Assembly (NCBI RefSeq): GCF_018350175.1
Contig: NC_058368.1
Location: 84,384,001-84,448,000, forward strand
Source: Felis catus
Lineage: Eukaryota
DNA: 64,000 nucleotides
Direction of reading: 5' to 3'
In this document: piece after piece, positions 23,501 through 36,444 of the stretch
Layout of the letters: each line of letters begins with the position of its first letter
How positions within the stretch are numbered: position 1 is the stretch's first letter
Notes under the pieces: model-generated
What the model was told of the DNA's origin: nothing
The model's database searches: none
Seen by the model: the letters and a program-made list of their open reading frames with translations, nothing else
Position numbers and translations under genes: made by a program

Positions 23501-24183
23501 AAGCAGCAAAGGTTATATTCTTTCTGGGTGCACCTCTGTCCCCTGTTAATGAAAGGCCTTTTGCTGAAGCCTGCAGAGTCTTTTGTCCTTGGGGAGGCAA
23601 TATATCCTCTTCCAAATGTGTCCAGAAAGGGGAAAGTACTCTCCCAATGCACAGGGGAGGTTTCTGCACCATACTATGGAACCCAGGGCCAGCTCCCTCT
23701 TCCTCTGAGCATGGTCTGCTCCTGAGAAAGTCACACCCATCCAAAACTTCAAGGTTTGCTCTCCAAACACTGTTTGCCAAAAAAACAAAAACAAAAACAC
23801 AAAAAAACAAAAACAAAAACAAAAACAAAACCCATGCAACACTCAGTACTTCTTGTTTACCAGTCTGTGGTCCAGACAGGTTTTCCTCTTGTGTGAATGC
23901 TGATACTGCAGTCTATTAACCCCTCTTTGTTTCTTTCCCTTTTGTCTCTCCATGGAAAGGGTTCCCTCCCCTCTGTGGCACTGCAATTTTTCTCTCTTCC
24001 ACTTCACTTCCACATACCTGGCAACTGCCACACTGTGTCCCTCCAACTGTGGAGATCCTTCTGCCTCTCTGCAGGTCAATTTCCTGGGTATTCCAAGTTA
24101 TCTGACCTCAATACAGCTGTGTTTGAGGGACTATAAAGCTCAGGGTTCCCCTACATTCCCACCATCTTAACTCTTCCTCCCCA

Positions 24184-24563
24184 CAAACCACATATCTGAC
24201 TCATACATAGGATACATACAGAACTCTCAAAACTTAATGGTAAAAACGTAAACAATCTAATTTTAGAAAATAAGCCAAAAGACATGAAAACACATTGATG
24301 TTTATTTTATTGAAGTACAAATTAAAATCTCAAGGAGATGCTACCATCACTCTGAAGAGTGGCTAAAATAAAAAAGTAGTGATGACACCAAATGCTAGTA
24401 AGGAGAGAAACTGGATCACTTATTCATTTCTGGTCAGAATATAAAATGGTACAGCCACTCTGGAAAGAATCTAGCAATTGTTTTCAATACTAAACATGAA
24501 CTTACATTACAACTCAACAATTACATTCTTAGGTATTTATCTCAGAGAACTGAAAATTCATGT

Positions 24564-24594
<31 letters not shown>

Positions 24595-25090
24595 CCCTAT
24601 AAATAAATGTTCATAGCACATTGGGGCACCTGGGTGATTCAGTCGGTTAAGCGGCTGACTTTGCTCAGGTCATGATCTCGCGTTTCCTGGGTCCAAGCTC
24701 TGCATTGGGCTCTGTGCTGACAGCTTGGAGCCTGGAGCCTGCTTCAGATTCTGTGTTCCCCTCTCTCTCTGCTCCTCCCCAACTCACGCTCTGTCCCTGT
24801 CTCTCTCAAAAACAAAATAAAAAAAAATAAATGTTCATAGCACACTTAATTATAACAGCTCAAACCAGGAAACAACTGAAATGTCTGACAGTAGGAAAAT
24901 GGTTAAACAAACTGGTGCCACCATAGGATACTATAGAATGCTACATAGCAATAAAACAAGATGGATTATTGATACAACTTGAATAGAGCTCAGGTAATTA
25001 TGCAGAGTGAAAGATCAATCTCTAAAGGTCATGTACTATATGATTCCATTTATTTATCATTCTAGAAATGACAAAATTATAATGATGTCT
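24184..25090 (+). mobile_element. Continuation of the old L1M 3' end; contains (CA)n at about 24565-24594 and a plus-strand SINE at 24623-24824
   Basis: aaaatggtacagccactctggaaa, ggttaaacaaactg, tatgattccattt; SINE TSD aaataaatgttcatagcaca. Confidence 0.8.
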
Positions 25091-26744
25091 CAGAAGGGGA
25101 AGCCCAGGAAGCTGGGGCCTCAGGGGCTCCTTGTGAGGGCTTCTTCCCTGGAGATAATATTGGTGTGAGTAGAGTTGGGACCTACCTGCCCAGACAGGTG
25201 CTGAGAGGAAAGAACTTGGAAGGAAGAGGTGGGATACTGACTTACATGCTTCAGGGCATTAGGAAGACAACTTCTCATTTCTCCATTTCTGCTGACTCCA
25301 TCTGACTTCAGAAGCACTTCAAGGACTGGTTAAAATAGGGAAGACACAAAAACTACTTGTCTGTCTGACTGGTGGGCTAGAAACTGTCTTGGCTTGAAGG
25401 AGGCTTTGTCATCTTTCCTGGACTTTCCCTTTTTCCTCTCTCATTCCTTCATCCATAGTTATAGATTGCTTGAGCAAATCATGAGCAAAGTGTCAGGCTC
25501 TGTGTTATCTTAAATGTCTCTTCAAATGAAGTGCAACTAAAGTGAGGAAAGTAAAGGGAAAGAAAAGATACTGGGAAGAAGGAAAGAGGGAGGTGGAGAG
25601 GGAAGGAGGGAAAATAGCAAAATGCATGCCAAGCACTTTCCAAACTTGGAGATGCAGGTTCAGGTAAAGAGTAGACACATAATAATGTTTTTGAAATCAC
25701 TAAAAAGAATAAGAAAAAGTTCCTGCCTCCAAGAACTTCCTATTTTCATACAGTAAATCACAGTACTGAATAACAACTCAACCAATCAATCCTTCATTCA
25801 CACCTCTTCATTTAGTTACTCTGAAATATGCCTGAATACCTGCAGAGTACAGGGACTCTCTTCCAGAAGGAGGTTGCACTGCGGTTACTTCACCTTGGCC
25901 CATCCGCCTCTGGCCAAGCTTCTAGTGCTTCCCTGGAAATCCCAGAACACAAGGAATCCAGCATGCAATGTCTCCTTCCCCCCATCTCAGGGCTCCTTCC
26001 TTGGGTCCAGGCACCTGACCTCTGGTTGTTGATCAGCAGCTTGGTTTGGCTGAGTGTGGGTGGTGGGGAGAGGGGTCAGTGGGTGATTACATATACCTCT
26101 GAGGTGAGCTGAGGTAGCATTGTGTGCTTGTTGTGGATGTAAATTGACATTACTGGAGGTAATAATTGTGTATTTTGTGTTGAACAGAGAGATGGCAGGT
26201 GTATGCAGCCATCTGTGTGAGGGTGTGTGGCGCATTTGTGGAGCCACTGTGGAGGTGATTTTATTTGTAAGTGTCATTTGCTTACACTTCATAGCCTATA
26301 CCTTCCTTTAATCTCTAAGTCTGTACGTGATTAATGCAACATACACGCATGCACACATGCATGGGAAGTGCCCACTGAATTCTTCTATACATAACCAAAG
26401 CTTCAGAGATCATCCCCTTGTCCACAGAGACCTGTAGGCAAAGGAGGTGAATCTCACACACTGCCCTTCTCTCTCATTATATAACATGCAGGTATATTAT
26501 ATTAAAAATTTATATACAAAGATAAAAAGGTGAGAACTACATAACTTGTTTATTGTCTCTTGGACAAAATAATTTAGACTAAGACTTGTAAAACATTGTA
26601 ACAATATCATTCAGTTTTGGTCGGTTTGATTTGTCATGATGTACCATTTTATTTTATTTTATTAATTTAATTTAATTATTTAATTTATCTCATCCAGAAA
26701 CACTCTCATATACACACTCGTAGTGTTGTTGTTGTTTGTAGTTG

Positions 26745-27070
26745 TTTTTTCAATTTAGATATAATTGGCATATAACATTGTTTAGTTTCGAGTGTGGAAA
26801 AGAATGATTCAATATATGTATACATTATGATATGATCACCACAACAAGTCTAATTCACAACCATCACCTCACAGAGTTATAATTTTTTCTTATGATGAGA
26901 ACTTTTAAGATATACTCTCTTAGCAACTTTCAAATATACAATACATAATTATTAATAATAGTCACCATGCTATATATTAAATTTATTATGTTTTATAACT
27001 TATTTATTTTATACCTAGAAGTTTGTACCTCTTGACCCTCTTCACATAGTTAACCCACCCCCAACTCCCA
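26745..27070 (-). mobile_element. Old L1MA-type 3'UTR fragment
   Basis: gatataattggcatataacattg, tactctcttagcaactttcaaatatacaataca. Confidence 0.7.
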
Positions 27071-27183
27071 CCTCATCTAAACCTACCTGCCTCCAAAAGG
27101 CCCCATCTCCAAACAGTAACAATTAGGGAAATAGGCTTCAACATATGAATCTGGGGAAGAATGGACAACTTCAGTCCATAACA
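27071..27183 (+). mobile_element. MaLR (MLT1-like) LTR 3' end
   Basis: aaggccccatctccaaa..ggcttcaacatatgaat..ttcagtccataaca. Confidence 0.7.
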
Positions 27184-27414
27184 CCTCTCACATCTCCAGT
27201 TGTCCTTGAGGGTAAGTTCATTGTCCCTTCTGTGTGTTGGGAGCCTCATGGGGACAAAAGCTGGAGCAGCAGGCTTAGCTGCCAGGGTGGGATGGTACTG
27301 GGTGGTTCAGCAGGGGAGAAGAGAAGGTAGAGCCCCAGCTCACAGCCATGCAGGAAACACGTGAATTAAGTCACTCTCTGGCTCTGGTGTCCAGGGCCAC
27401 AGTGTCCCCATAGT

Positions 27415-27620
27415 AGAATAGTCACAGTGGTTGAGCACTTCTTCTGTACTTTACATATTATAATTCATTTAACAGTGTGGCATTATTGCCTTAGTTTTAC
27501 AGATTATGAAATCAAGGCTCAGAAACACTAAGTAACCTGAGAGACCATGCCACATACATAGAAATGGTGGGAACAGTAGAGCCTAGCTCCTGGTCACTCT
27601 GTGTCTTTTGACTCTCAGCA
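27415..27620 (-). mobile_element. MIR relic
   Basis: MIR core ttttacagattatgaaatcaaggctcagaaacactaagtaacctg. Confidence 0.6.
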
Positions 27621-28502
27621 GCAGTGGGGATGTGTGAGGGAGGAGAAGGTCTCTCGAGACCCATGATCCAGAGGCAGCCAGAGTGCTCAGGGCACACCAC
27701 GATTCCACCAGTCAAGCATGTTTAGGATACCTAAATGTCCTCTACACTTTCTTTCCCCTGATAGAAATCTCTTTAATGGGCACCAGGCTAAGCTTTCCAC
27801 AGTTGGGCATACAAACAGCACAATACTGCTTGCATTGAGGCTTTGGGACACTAACTCTTCAGGGTGAGCGGTTGCCAGTCAAGGAGTTTGGTATTCCTTT
27901 GGTTCTGCAGGAATAAGGGGGTGAAGGCTAGCAGACATGAAGAGGTGGAGAGCTAGGGTACTGACATGTTTACTCACAAGGCTACAGAAGCCCCCAAACC
28001 CTGACGATTCCAGCTGCTGTGTGTTCCTTGGTTAGGCCTTCTTGTAACTTCACTGATTTCTTGTTATGTCCAGACCTCAGACAGGAGAGGGCAGTTTTGT
28101 TACCACATGCATTTCTGAGTGGCACTCGAGGCTTGGAAGGGTCCTCTCCACCTCTCTGCCCCCTTCTTCCTCACTCCTTGTATCTTTGATGGAGAAAATT
28201 TGGGACTTATAAATCCCCAGCATTACTGGGTTGGAGATCCTGGGCAAGATGATTGCTAAGGTCTCTTTACAACTGTGTACTCTCTGGCTCAGTCATGCCT
28301 TCCCCATTGGCCTCAATTTCAGGAGAACAATGAGCAGGCCACTCTTGCCATCCCCTACAATTTCAACACTGGGCCCTGAATTGCAGATTCATTCCTACAC
28401 TAGCTGAAGGCTACTTACCTGACACATAGCATTTCCTATGTTTCATGTTTTATCATGATGTCCTGCTTTCTGCTGACTCTTTGCCTGTATTTTCCCCCTT
28501 GC

Positions 28503-28713
28503 TATTTATTTATTTATTTATTTATTTTACTTTTGAGAGAGAGAGAGTGCAAGTTGGGGAGGGGCAGAGAGAGAAGGAGACACAGAATCTGTAGCAGGTT
28601 CCAGGCTCTAAGCTGTCAGCACAGAGTCCAAGGCAGGGCCCAAATTCATGGACTGTGAGATCATGACCTGAGCTGAAGTCATACGCTCAACTGACAAGGC
28701 CACCCAGGAGCCC
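28503..28713 (-). mobile_element. Can-SINE (SINEC_Fc)
   Basis: TSD ccccttgctatttatt. Confidence 0.9.
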
Positions 28714-28989
28714 CTCCCCTTGCTATTTATTTATTTTTTAAATGAAGGTGTACATTAAATACAGCTAGTATGGTTTGTTCTTGGACTTAAACAGCATCAC
28801 ACAGCTTTATTCACTCAGCACTGTGTTTTAAGAATAAATAATCATCTTATGAATACATGATATGAGTTGTCACTTAGGTCTTTCCCCCTCATTAGCCTCT
28901 ATAAGTTCCCTTATCATTTGGGAAAAAAACAATTTATGCCACTGTCACACATTAAATTCCAAAATAAATTCCAAATAGAATAAAGTTTT

Positions 28990-30240
28990 GAAATTACTTT
29001 TACTGTAAAATAAAGCACAGATACAGAAAACCAATGTATGACTAATGCATTTATAAGATATCACCCTTGTAACCAATACCAAGGTGAAAAATAGAACCTT
29101 GCCAGTCACCCAGCAACCCTTCTATGTGCCCCCTTGAGTCACACCTGCTTCTCCTATCAAAGTGGCCACCAACTGATTTCATAACAATCACATTTGCATT
29201 CCTGTATAGCTTTATCACCCAAAGAATATCCCTGGATGTTATGATTAAGTCTCATCCTTTATCCCTTTTACAATACAAAATGTCTTAAGTCTCTTAATTT
29301 TCAAGTTCCCCTTCCACCTCTTCTTTCCTTTATAATTTATCTATTAAAGATCCCTGTCATTTGACCTGTAGTTTCTCCTAGTGTGGATGTTGCTGTTTGC
29401 ATAATCATCATGCTGTTTACCTTGTTGCTTCTCTGTCCAGTTTCCTACAAATTGGTTCAGAGGCTTGATCAGATTCAAGTTTGGTTACTTTGAAAGGAAT
29501 ACGGAATATGGTGGTCTGTTTCTTCATCAGAAGGCACCTTGTGTCTAATTTGTCTTTTGTGATATTAGCAGCTGTTAATGCTCAGTGCTTAAATCCATTA
29601 AATCCACTGATTTCACATATCATATCACATATCACAAATATGATATTCTAAAACTATTCTTTATTATTATTATTATTATTTTGGTTAGAATACTTTCATG
29701 AAGAATATTTCTCCTTCTTTACTTTTTGTTTACCCATTGGTATAAGTCACACAAGAAAGGCAGGATGGCTGATTTTCCTCTTTAATTTAACTAGTTGTCA
29801 AGGTGATAAATCTGTCCTATATTATTCTCTAAACATAGTCAATTAATTTTTGTATCATTTTTAAATTATGATTTTTAGCAAATATGATGAGTTTTGATCA
29901 ATTACAATGATTATCCTCATTCAAGTTCAAATTATCCCATCTTTGGTCAGTGGAAATCCTTTCAAGTTGACCCTTGAGTACTTTAGTAATGAACCTAACA
30001 GTTATGCTATATTCTTGGCTATCTAGTATAAGAAGTTCCAAGCCCATCTTGTATATTCTTGTGCCAACCTGGAATTGGCCATTTCTCCAAGTGTCCTTGT
30101 ATTTTTTTTTAAAGTGAAATGGCATTTTAAAACTATAATCTGTTCTGGAGGCTAGGAATACTCAATACTATTCAGTTGGTTATTATTTCTAAGTCTTTTC
30201 AGTGGACAAAACTGAAATATTAAATACTTCATGAATTTAT
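28990..30240 (-). mobile_element. Ancient L1 (L1MC/ME-type) 3' region
   Basis: ggcttgatcagattcaagttt, atcccatctttggtcagtggaaatcctttcaagttg, tggaattggccatttctccaag. Confidence 0.55.
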
Positions 30241-30244
30241 ACTT

Positions 30245-30473
30245 TATTTTTTAAGTTTTTATTTTAGTTTTTTTAAGTTTATTTATTTATTTATTTTGAG
30301 ATAGAATGAGCAGGTGAGGGGCAGACAGAGAGGGCGAGAGAGAATCCCAAGCAGGTTCTGCACTGTCAGTACAGAACCTGATGGGGGCTCGATCTCATGA
30401 CCCATGAGATCATGCATGACCTGAGCTAAAATCAAGAGTCAGATGCTTAACCAACTGAGCCACTCAGGCACCC
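30245..30473 (-). mobile_element. Can-SINE
   Basis: Typical body ending ccactcaggcaccc. Confidence 0.85.
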
Positions 30474-30474
30474 A

Positions 30475-30856
30475 GCTTTTATTTTAATTCCAATTAAACA
30501 CACAGTATTACATTAGTTTCAGTGTTTAATATAGTGATTGAACAATTCTGTACATCACCCTGTGCTCATCACAAAAAGTGCACTCCTTAATCCCCATCAC
30601 CTGTTTATCACAATCCCCACCTACCTCCCCCTATCAATTTTTTCTCTATAACTAAGAATCTGTTCCTTGATTGTATCTCTCTCTCTCTTTTCCTTTGCTC
30701 TTTTGTTTTTTCCTGAATTCCACGAGAGTGAAATCATGTGATACCTATCTTTCTCTGACTGACTTACTTTACTTACCATTGTACTCTCTAGCTCCATCCA
30801 TCCATGTTGTTGTAAAAGGGAAAACAATCATTCTCTTGTTTTGGCTGAATAATATT

Positions 30857-30892
<36 letters not shown>

Positions 30893-31367
30893 CCACATAT
30901 ACTTTATACATTCATCAATCCATGGATGTGGGTAACTTCTTGGCTATTGTAAGTAATGCTGCTATAAACATAAGGGTGCATGTATCACTTTGAATTGGTG
31001 TTTTTGTATTCCTTGGGTAAATAGCCAACATGTGATTGCTGGATCTTAAGGTAATTCTATTTTTAACTGAGGAACTGTCACACTATTTTCCAGAGTGGCT
31101 GCACCAGTTTTCATTCCCACTAACAGTATAAGAGTTTTCCCCTTTCTCCACATCCCTGCCAACATCTGTTGTTTCCTGTGTTGTTAATTTTAGCCATTAT
31201 GTTAGGTATGAGGTGTTGTCTCACACCTATTTGGTTATGATTTGTATTTCCTTGATGACAAGTGATATTGAATATCTTTTCATGTGTCTGTTAGCTATCT
31301 GGATGTCTTCTTTGGAAAAGTGTCTATTCATGTCTATGCATTTTTTAAAGTTTATTTATTTGTTTTT

Positions 31368-31400
<33 letters not shown>

Positions 31401-32250
31401 GGAAAGAGAAAATCCCAAGCACAGAGGTCTGATATGGGACTCAATCTCACAAACCATGAGAAATCAAGAGTCTGATGCTCACTGACTGAGCAACCCACAT
31501 TCCCCCATGCTCATTTTTTAACTGGTTTACGTGTTTTTTGGGTGTTGAGTTTGGTAAGTTCTTTATAGATTTTGGATACTAACCCTTTATCAGATATATC
31601 ATTTGCAAACATCTCCCATTCCAAAAATTGTTTTTCAGTTATTGATTGTTTCCTTTGCTGTGCAGAAGGTATTTTTTTTCTCAATGAACTCCTAATAGTT
31701 AATTTTTGCTTTTGTTTCCCTTGTCTCTGGTTATGTGTCTAGTAAGAAGTTGCTATGGTCAAGGTCAAAGAGGTTGCTGCCTGTGTTCTTCTCTAAGATT
31801 TTGGTGGTTTCCTGTCTCACATTTAGGTATTTCATGCATTTTGAATCTATTTTTGTGTATGGTGTAAAGAAGTGGCCCATTTCCATTCTTTTGTATGTTG
31901 CTGTCCAGTTTTCCCAACACCAATTGTTGAAGGCACTGTCTTTTTTCCACTGGATATTCTTTCCTGCTTTGTTGTCCCCCTCAATTTCTTTTACCAGTGT
32001 TTTACAGTTTTAAGAGTATGCATCTTTCACCATTTTGGTTAGGTTTATTCCTAGGCATCTTATTGTTTTGGGTGCAGTTGTAAATGGGATTGTTTTCTTA
32101 ATTTCTCTTTCTGCTGCTTCATTATTGGTGTATAGAAATGAAACAGACTTCTGTGCATTGATTTTGTATGCTGTGATTTTACTGTATTTGTGTGTCATCC
32201 CAGCATTGTTTTTTGGTGGAGTCTTTTGGGTTTTCTATAAAGAGTATCAT
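30475..32250 (-). mobile_element. Carnivore L1 3' part (continues at 37360-37730); contains (TA)n at about 30860-30891 and a SINE at about 31341-31506
   Basis: 3'UTR and ORF2 peptides ([25 protein letters not shown]); collinear resumption after TSD aagagtatcat. Confidence 0.85.
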
Positions 32251-32618
32251 ATAGATTGGAGGGGCCAAGATGGCAGAGCAGCATGGAACATTTTTCTCTC
32301 TCTCGTTCCAGAAATGCAGCTAGATCAACACCAAATCATCTTGCACACCTAGAAAATTGTGTGAGAATTAACACAGCAATCTGCATAACTTGAGCCACAG
32401 AACTCGGAAGTTGCACCACAGAGGGTAGGGAGCTGTTTTTGCTTGTGGAGAGAGGATGGAAACAGGGAGGAGAGTACAGGAAAAGCACTCTGCCCCAAAA
32501 GTAGCTGGAGAGAAAGAGAAAGAGTGGGAACACCCATAAGGGTCTAAAAAAAGAAAGGAGGAAGGAGAAAAGAGAGGGTTTAAATATCATTAGGACTCTA
32601 TAAACAGGGGAGCACACT

Positions 32619-32830
32619 GGGGCGCCTGCGTGGCTCAGTCGGTTAAGTGGCCAACTTCGGCTCAGGTCATGATCTCACAGTCTGTGAGTTCGAGCCCCGC
32701 GTCAGGCTCTGTGCTGACAGCTCAGAGCCTGGAGCCTGTTTCAGATTCTGTGTCTCCCCCTCTCTGACCCTCCCCTGTTCATGCTCCCATGTTCATGTCT
32801 CTCCCTGTCTCAAAAATAAATCAAACATTA
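32619..32830 (+). mobile_element. Can-SINE (SINEC_Fc) in an L1 5'UTR
   Basis: ggggcgcctgcgtggctcagtcggtt; TSD taaaca(g/a)gggagcaca. Confidence 0.92.
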
Positions 32831-35800
32831 AAAAAATTAAAAATAAATAAACAAGGGAGCACAGTCTGAAACTCCACAGCTTGAGTAGAGCTCTGGTGGG
32901 AAGGGTGGATCCCTAGGAGCAGACAGTGAGGTCTGAGGGGTCCTCAGGTCACATGGGGAGAAGCGGTCCCCTTGCAGAGAGGATACATGGTAGAGGCTAT
33001 GTGGTCTCCCCACAGGCAAAGGTCACAGTGGACCCCAGAGAACAGCCATATTTGCTGGTGTTGGAACAAGGATGTTAGGGGGTGGTGAAGCCTGGCACTA
33101 GATGTGTGATGTGATTTACCATAATCCTTGAAATGCTGCTGCTAGACGATGGCATGAACTTTTTCTGGGGCAGCCTGGCACTGGCTGCAGTCTCTGGGCA
33201 TCTGCAGCACCATGGTTGTACACACATTCCTGGGAGCAGGCAGTACCTGGCCATTGGTCTGCAAGACCCAAGAGTGGGTCGAAGAATGAGGGGTTTGGAA
33301 ACAGAGCCCCATCTGAGATAAAATTTGGGAAGGAGGTGCCACCTGGCATGCTGACAGTTTGGTCAGAGCATAGAAGTGGGGAGTAGATGGAATCCAGGGA
33401 CAAAGGAGGGGTGCTTGATTGCCTATCAGTGAAAGCATAGAGTTCTGATGCTAGAGACTGGGTAGCTGGGTGACTCCATTTTCACTTGTCCTGCACATGT
33501 GCATACAGGCTTGCAGATGCCACAACAATCTTCCCCAGTAAGCTAAACAGCACAATCTAGTGGAGAATGGAGCCATTACACCAAGACCCATCTGTGCCAA
33601 CCTCTCTAGAAGAACACCACAAGTCTGTTTGCTTAGTTTACAGACTATAAAGTGCTTCATAGTTTGACTTCTAGGGGAAACAGGATGAAATTTCAATCAT
33701 ATTTCATTCTGCTTGCTGGTCCATCTATTCAATTTTTTTGTATTTCTTTTCTCTTCTTATTCATGAACAGAAAGAGGAAAAAAATATTTTCTATTTTTAT
33801 AAAAATTTTTTTCTTTTACTTTTTCCTACTATATTTTTTTAATTTTTAATTCTATTTTACTTTCATTTTATTCTATTTTATTGTATTCATTTTTTAAATT
33901 TTAAACGTTTTCCCACTTTTCCCCCACATTTATTCTTTTTCATTTCTTTCCATTTTTTCTCTATTCTATCAAGCTTCTTTCAACAACAAGACCAAAACAC
34001 ACCTAGGATCTAGCATCCTTTATTTGATATTTTTGTGTTGTTTTTAATTTTTTAATTTTAATTTTTTATTTTATTAATTCTTTATTTTCCTCCAAAATGA
34101 AAAAGAAAGAAATTCACTTCAAAAAAAAAAATGGGAAGAAATGACAGCCAGGGACTTAATCAACACAAGTGCAAGCAAGATGTCTGAACCAGAATTTAGA
34201 ATCATGATAATAAGAATACAAGCTGAGGTTGAAAATACATTAAATCCTTTTCTACAGAGATAAAAGAAGTAAAATCTAGTCAGGACAAAACTAAAAATAC
34301 TATAACTAAGATGCAGTCTTGAATGGAAGTGATGGTGGCAAAGATGGATGAAACAGAGCAGTGAATCAGCAATATGCAGGACAAACTTACGGAGAATAAT
34401 GAAGCAGAAAAAGAGAGGGAGACTAAGGCAAAAAAAGCTGATATAAAAAACAGAGAACTCAGTGACTCCTTAAAAAGGAATAACACCCAAATCATAGGGG
34501 TCCCAGAAGACAGAGAGAAAAGGGGGTAGAATGTTTATGTGAGCAAATCATAGTGGAAAACTTTCCTAACCTGGGAAAGACACTGGCATCGAAATTGAGG
34601 AAGCACAGAGAACTCCAATTAGATTAAACAAAAATCTACAATCAACAAGGCATATCATAGTCAAACTCACAAAATACAGACAAGGAAAAAATCATGAAAT
34701 CAGCAAGGGAAAAAAGTCCTTAACTTATAAGGGAAGACAGATCATGGTCACAGCAGACCTATCCACAGAAACTTGGCAAGCCAGAAAAGAGTGGCAGGAT
34801 ATATTCAATGTGCTGATTCAGAAAAATATGCAGCCAAGAATTCTTTATCCAGCAAGGCTTTCATTCAAAATAGAAGGAGAGATAAAGACTTTCCCAGACA
34901 AACAACAATTAAAGAGTTTGTGGCCACTAAACCAGCCCTGCAAGAAATTTTAAGGGGGACTCTCTGAGGGAGAAAAGCTGAAACAAAACAAAAAGGAAAA
35001 GCAACAAAGACTAGAAAGGACGAGAGAACATCACCCGAAACTCAAACTCTACAGGCGACACAATGGCAATAAATTCATATCTTTCAGTACTCACTCGAAA
35101 TGTGAATGGACTAAACGCTTCAATCAAAAGACATAGGGTAACAGAATGGATAAGAAAACAAGATCCATCTATATGCTGTTTACAAGAGACCCATTTTAGA
35201 CCTAAAGACACCTTCAGATTGAAATTAAGGGGATGGAGAACAATCTATCATGCTAATGGTTGCCAAAAGAAAGCTGGAGTAGCCATACTTATATCAGGCA
35301 ATCTGATTTTAAAACAGAAACTGTAAAAAGAGATGAAGTATGGCATTATATCATAATAAGGGGTCTATCCACCAAGAATATCTGACAATTGTAAACATTT
35401 ATGCTCCAAATGTGAGACACCCAAATATACAAATCAATTAATCACAAATGTAAAGAAACTCATTGACAATAATACCACAATAGTAGGAGACATCAACACC
35501 CTGCTTTCAGCATTGGGCAGATCATCTAATCAAAAAATCAACAAGGAGACAATGGTTCTGAATGACACACTGGACCGGATATATGGAGTTGACATTTATA
35601 TTCAGAACATTTCACCCTAAACCATCAGAATACACTTTCTTCTCCAGTGCACATGGAATATTCTCCAGAATACATCACATACTGGCACACCAATCAGCCC
35701 TCAACAAGTACAAAAAGATCAAGATAAGACAATACATATTTTCAGACCATAATGCTATGATCTCAAAATCAACGACAAGAAAAAATTTGGGAAGACAACA

Positions 35801-36212
35801 AATACTTGGAGACTAAAGGACATCCTACTAAAGAATAAATGGGCTAACCAAGAAGTTAAAAGGAAATTAAAAAGTACATGGAAGCCAATGAAAAGGATAA
35901 CACCAAAGCCCAAAACCCCTGGGATGCAGTAAAGTCAGTCATAAGAGTAAAGTAGAGAGAAATCCAGGCCTTCCTAAAGAAGGAAGTAAGATCTCAGATA
36001 CACAACCTAACCTTACACCTTAAAGAGCTGGAAAAACAACAGTAAATAAAACCCCAAACCAGCAGAAGATGAGAACTAATGAAGATTAGAGCAGAAATCA
36101 ATGCTATTGAAACCCCCAAAAAACAAAACAAAACAAAACAAAAACAACAAAAAACCCCACAAAAAAACCCCACCAACCAACCAACCAACCAGCCAACAAA
36201 AACAGTAGAACA

Positions 36213-36444
36213 GGGGCGCCTGGGTGGCGCAGTCGGTTAAGCGTCCGACTTCAGCTCAGGTCACGATCTCGCGGTCCGTGAGTTCGAGCCCCGCGTTGGG
36301 CTCTGGGCTGATGGCTCAGAGCCTGGAGCCTGTTTCCGATTCTGTGTCTCCCTCTCTCTCTGCCCCTCCCCCGTTCATGCTCTGTCTCTCTCTGTCCCAA
36401 AAATAAATAAACATTGAAAAAAAATTTAAAAAACAAAACAAAAC
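36213..36444 (+). mobile_element. Very young Can-SINE (SINEC_Fc)
   Basis: CpGs intact (ggggcgcctgggtggcgcagtcggttaagcgtccgac); TSD aaaacagtagaaca. Confidence 0.95.

Larger units (their letters stand above)
14186..24183 (-). mobile_element. Full-length but inactive carnivore L1 (5'UTR about 22430-24183, ORF1 about 21520-22430, ORF2 about 14650-21420, 3'UTR), carrying LTR, SINE and B3GALNT1 insertions
   Basis: ORF1 peptides (EEKISDIEDKIMENNEAEK; ILYPAKLSFRIE) and ORF2 peptides ([33 protein letters not shown]) in many broken frames; 5' end ccaccatcttaactcttcctcc. Confidence 0.92.
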
